Source: Mobula hypostoma (taxonomy: Eukaryota). From it: DNA of 64,000 bases. The stretch covers positions 18,912,001 to 18,976,000 of the forward strand of contig NC_086097.1 in assembly GCF_963921235.1 (NCBI RefSeq), written 5' to 3'. The notes below the pieces were generated by a model. The model made no database searches and was not told the origin of the DNA. It saw only the letters and a program-made list of their open reading frames with translations. Positions 61,446 to 64,000 of the stretch are shown here, piece after piece; the stretch's first letter is position 1; each line of letters opens with the position of its first letter. A program made the translations under genes and the position numbers.

Positions 61446-62718
61446 TTGTCTTTTGTCAGTTTTCACTTTGTAAATCCCAAGGCTACCCAGTCTTATGTCA
61501 CTCTCATCATTAACAGATTTTTCATCAATAGCATACTGATTAGTGCTCTTTTTGAAACTACAACTTAACTTTTTAACTTATTCTCTTCCCTGTGCAGTCC
61601 ATTTATTTGTATCTGCCTGACATGCTCTTTGTATGCGCCCAAATTTATTGCATTTTCGGCAAGTTTCACCTTTAAACCTGCATTAGTCTTATGACTGTGA
61701 GCACATGCCAAAAGAGTAACACAATTTGTTCAGTCAGGCCGATTTCTGTTTAGACATTGCAATTTTGATCACATTCACCTTTATTCCTGACTGCAAATCA
61801 ATTGCAGCTCTGTCCGCTGTTTCCACTGATACAGCAATTTCAACTGCTCTTTTAAATGTAATTTGTGCTTCATTTAGGAGTCATTTTTGAATGCTTTCTT
61901 GTAAGATTTCACAAACTAAACAATCTTTCAGTGCATCATTAAGCCCATCACTGAACTGATAATGTTCAGACAATCTCTTCAATTCAGTCATGATTGCTGA
62001 AATTTACTCTCTTTCCTTTAGATTCTGTATATGAATCCTAAAGTTCTAAATAATCCTGCATTACTTTCATGATATAAGCAAAGCTAATTGCTGTTGGTTT
62101 GGTTGAAACAGTCAAACTTCAAAGCAAACTGTATGCCTTTAAACCAAACACACTCAGCAAAACTGGTACTTGTTTTTCATTGGCTATTCCATCCGGTTCA
62201 AAGTACTATTCAATTAGTGCAGTATACATGAGCCAGCTACCTGTTGAGAAGTTGATGCATCTATCTTTCCATTATAGCCATTTCTGGTTTTACTTTAATG
62301 AATATCACCTAATACTTGTTTGTTGAACCTATTAATTATTTCAATTTCTGCCTTTTTTTAACAATTCTCCTCTCTCTTCTGAAGAGCCATGTTCTGTGCT
62401 GCTTTTTAAAAAATTCAAAGGTCTCGCTGTGCTTTTTTTTACCCGAACGTCTCACTGCACGTCAATGGGTTGGTAGCCATCTCAGGTTCAGTTTTAAAAT
62501 ACTCCGTCATCACGGTTATGTTCTGCAACTCCAAAACATCAAACCAATTCAAAGGAAAACAAAAGATCTGAGAGATGCGAATCTTAAGTTTGTTCTTTAT
62601 GTTAAGCAAAGCACGCATGTATCACATGGTAGCACAATGACGTATACAATTCATGTATTTATACATATAATCCATAATGAATGATTTAAACAAACAAAAA
62701 TGCTTAATCAACCAATAT

Positions 62719-63773
62719 ATAGAAACATAGAAACATAGAAACATAGAAAATAGGTGCAGGAGTAGGCCATTCGGCCCTTCGAGCCTGCACCGCCATTTAT
62801 TATGATCATGGCTGATCATCCAACTCAGAACCCAGCCTTCCCTCCATACCCCCTGACCCCTGTAGCCACAAGGGCCATATCTAACTTCCTTTTAAACATA
62901 GCTAATGAACTGGCCTCAACAGTTTGCTGTGGCAGAGAATTCCACAGATTCACCACTCTCTGTGTGAAGAAGTTTTTCCTAACCTCGGTCCTAAAAGGCT
63001 TCCCCTCTATCCTCAAACTGTGACCCCTCGTTCTAGACCTCCCCAACATCGGGAACAATCTTCCTGCATCTAGCCTGTCCAATCCCTTTAGGATCTTATA
63101 CGTTTCAATCAGATCCCCCCTCAATCTTCTAAATTCCAACGAGTACAAGCCCAGTTCATCCAGTCTTTCTTCATATGAAAGACCTGCCATCCCAGGAATC
63201 AATCTGGTGAACCTTCTTTGTACTCCCTCTATGGCAAAGATGTCTTTCCTCAGATTAGGGGACCAAAACTGCACACAATACTCCAGGTGTGGTCTCACCA
63301 AGGCCTTGTACAACTGCAGTAGTACCTCCCTGCTCCTGTACTCGAATCCTCTCGCTATAAATGCCAGCATACCGTTCGCCTTTTTCACCGCCTGCTGTAC
63401 CTGCATGCCCACTTTCAATGACTGGTGTATAATGACACCCAGGTCTCGTTGCACCTCCCCTTTTCCTAATCGGCCACCATTCAGATAATAATCTGTTTTC
63501 CTATTTTTGCCACCAAAGTGGATAACTTCACATTTATCCACATTAAATTGCATCTGCCATGAGTTTGCCCACTCACCCAATCTATCCAAGTCACCCTGCA
63601 TCCTCTTAGCATCCTCCTCACTGCTAACACTGCCACCCAGCTTCGTGTCATCCGCAAACTTGGAGATGCTGCATTTAATTCCCTCATCCAAGTCATTAAT
63701 ATATATTGTAAACAACTGGGGTCCCAGCACTGAGCCTTGCGGTACCCCACTAGTCACCGCCTGCCATTCTGAA
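62719..63773 (-). mobile_element. Very young 5'-truncated CR1 in the Gypsy 5' LTR; uninterrupted frame
   Basis: ~315 codons without stop (SGVPQGSVLGP, KFADDTK, HLEYCVQFWSP, FFTQRVVNLWNSLP), CpGs retained, (ATAGAAAC)n tail. Confidence 0.95.
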
Positions 63774-63821
63774 CCATATACACAAGATAACTCAAATATT
63801 ACTGAAATATTAAATACACAA

Positions 63822-64000
63822 GAGGAACAACTCCTCATATTTCATCTGGGTAGCCTCAAATCTGATAGCATGAACATCGATTTCCCCTTACTGTAAAACA
63901 ACTTTTCTCTCTCATTACCTCTTTTTCTATTCCCCTCTCTGGCCTCATACCACTTCTCATGTGCCTATCACCTCCTGCTGGTACCCTTTCTTCTTCCCTT
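63822..64000 (+). mobile_element. Penelope-like remnant, right part
   Basis: EEQLLIFHLGSLKSDSMNIDF followed by pyrimidine-rich 3' UTR. Confidence 0.8.

Larger units (their letters stand above)
60405..63821 (-). mobile_element. Internally deleted Gypsy element (gag plus integrase tail, no RT seen)
   Basis: LTRs 60405-60650 and 62514-63821 (the latter split by CR1), PPT at 60651, decayed gag ~61600-62281 (ELKRLSEHYQFSDGLNDALKDCLVC), ERWYPTRVRNP integrase end. Confidence 0.85.

Noticed and set aside
62825..63838. 337-aa ORF as a functional RT gene
   Set aside because: N-terminus is read-through from LTR sequence; the CR1 is 5'-truncated mid-RT and lacks endonuclease and promoter

Overview
Eukaryotic, repeat-saturated vertebrate DNA. 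I infer a cartilaginous fish, probably a ray, from the repeat inventory: abundant CR1 LINEs, HE1-like V-SINEs, DeuSINE remnants, Rex1 and Penelope-like elements. No recognisable host protein-coding gene, rRNA, functional tRNA or CRISPR array is present; nearly all long ORFs in the track are retroelement proteins or their antisense shadows. Main landmarks: (1) a CpG-rich, TE-poor island at ~10.9-12.9 kb with a strong + strand splice donor (likely promoter/first exon of an unidentified gene), and a second CpG-rich patch at ~16.5-17.9 kb; (2) a decayed Mag-type Gypsy LTR retrotransposon (48283-57546, minus, 5-bp TSD) inserted in an old CR1 and itself carrying a full-length CR1 and a SINE; (3) a second, internally deleted Gypsy (60405-63821) inside a Penelope remnant, with a solo LTR of its family at 47522-47720; (4) many CR1, Rex1, RTE, SINE and hAT-MITE fragments. 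The best candidate for an under-described system is a set of short, non-coding fold-back elements derived from Penelope-like pseudo-LTRs that carry minimal type-I hammerhead ribozyme motifs, clearest at 9336-9700 (one hammerhead per arm, on opposite strands). Hammerheads in Penelope-like elements are established; whether these short hairpin families are new cannot be decided without database searches. All alignments and counts were done by eye; boundaries of degraded repeats are approximate.
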